NCBI RefSeq assembly: GCF_018977255.1
Contig: NW_024704769.1
Location: 2,976,001 to 3,040,000 of the forward strand
Reading direction: 5' to 3'
From: Callorhinchus milii
Taxonomy: Eukaryota
DNA: 64,000 nt
Position 1 is the first letter of the stretch; each line of letters begins with the position of its first letter. Shown in pieces: positions 62,945-64,000 of this stretch. A model generated the notes under the pieces. The model had not been told where the DNA came from and made no database searches. It worked only from the letters and a program-made list of their open reading frames with translations. Made by a program: the position numbers and the translations under genes.

Positions 62945-64000
62945 CTGGAAAAGATTATTAATAATGATAATAACCCTTGCATTTGATGCAGCGCCTTGTC
63001 ACGTCATCGCGACGACTCAAAGCGCTTCACAGGGCGCACTGTAAAGTGGAGTGACTGTAATATTTTGTGGGCGGAACGAGGCAGCCAATTGCGCACAGTA
63101 GCGTCCTACCCAAACAGTCATGGAATCATAGTCGTAGAATCCTACAGCACAGAAGGAGGCCATTCGGCCCATCGTGCCTGTGCTGCCTCCAGAGGAAACA
63201 GTTTCTCCTTAATTACTCCATGAAAACCCCTCATCATTTTGAACACCTGCATTAAATCTCCCCTGAACCTTCCCTGCGTCCAAGGACAACAATCCCATCT
63301 TCTCTCGTCTCTTAAAGTTAGACGGAGAGAGTGGGTGAATGAAAGAGGCATCACCTCCGCCGTTACGGCTTCGTTTGTCAAGGTTTCCTTAGAAACAACG
63401 AGCGAGGAATCAATCTGCAACAGGTCAGTCAATTGCTGGGGAGAAAGAAGACAAGTATCGGGGAAAGTGACTACTTAGGGAATTAATCAAGGCAGCGCAG
63501 GAGTTTTTTTTTTTGTCAAGGCAATAACTCGAATGAAGTACTCTCTCGATTGATTCAGTTTATCTCTTGCCATTAGTGAGCTCGCTGGGCTTTTTTTGGG
63601 GGCCGGGAAAAAAAACGCCAGGAAAATTTCAATGGTGATTACAAGAGTCCGAGTCAAAAAATAGTATGGGGGGTGGTGGTGGTGGGGGGGGTGGGGGGGG
63701 GGAGAGAGCTCGTCAAATCTACTGCCTTCCCGCTCGCCTCTCTGTCTCACTGTGGCCGTTTCACCCGCCCACGAAACACACAGTCACTACACTTTAAGTG
63801 TGTCCCGCGAGGCGCTTTTGAGACGTTTCGAAGTCGTGGCAATGCGCTGTATCGATGGGTCGAGTGAGGCACAGATCGGGCCACGAGCGAACGGGACAGG
63901 CTCGAGAGGGGCTGAATGGCCTCCTCCTATTCCTGTGGTGCCTGAAGTTCAGCCACAGGCGGAGCGGCCGTGGATTTTGTAGCGCCCAAATAAAGCAAAC

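Noticed and set aside
63340-63440. Possible extra UNC5D cassette exon
   Set aside because: Both candidate acceptors give immediate stop codons in the phase needed to join the exon at 62944.

Overview
Eukaryotic vertebrate genomic DNA. The gene repertoire and the tRNA-Ala/Deu-type SINE, L2 and CR1 content suggest a cartilaginous fish, possibly a chimaera (inference). The window is gene-dense with short introns and holds eight protein-coding genes: a 5'-truncated es1/GATD3-family gene (+, last intron is a minor-spliceosome AT-AC intron), COX5B (+), a NEFL-type neurofilament (-, lacking the acidic tail), LGI3 (+), CHMP7 (+), an intronless D1-class dopamine receptor (+, probably D1E), NPY8R (-) and the 3' part of UNC5D (-). 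This looks like the human 8p-equivalent paralogon, retaining genes lost in mammals. Introns and intergenic DNA are full of SINE, L2 and CR1 fragments and microsatellites, with two N gaps. I see no prokaryote-style novel system. The most unusual items are a ~41-bp-phased array of CCAAT+TGATTGACAG composite sites upstream of CHMP7, a tandem duplication of the COX5B promoter and start codon that creates a uORF, the tail-less NEFL, the AT-AC intron, and a young SINE subfamily whose 3' stem-loop matches the local L2.
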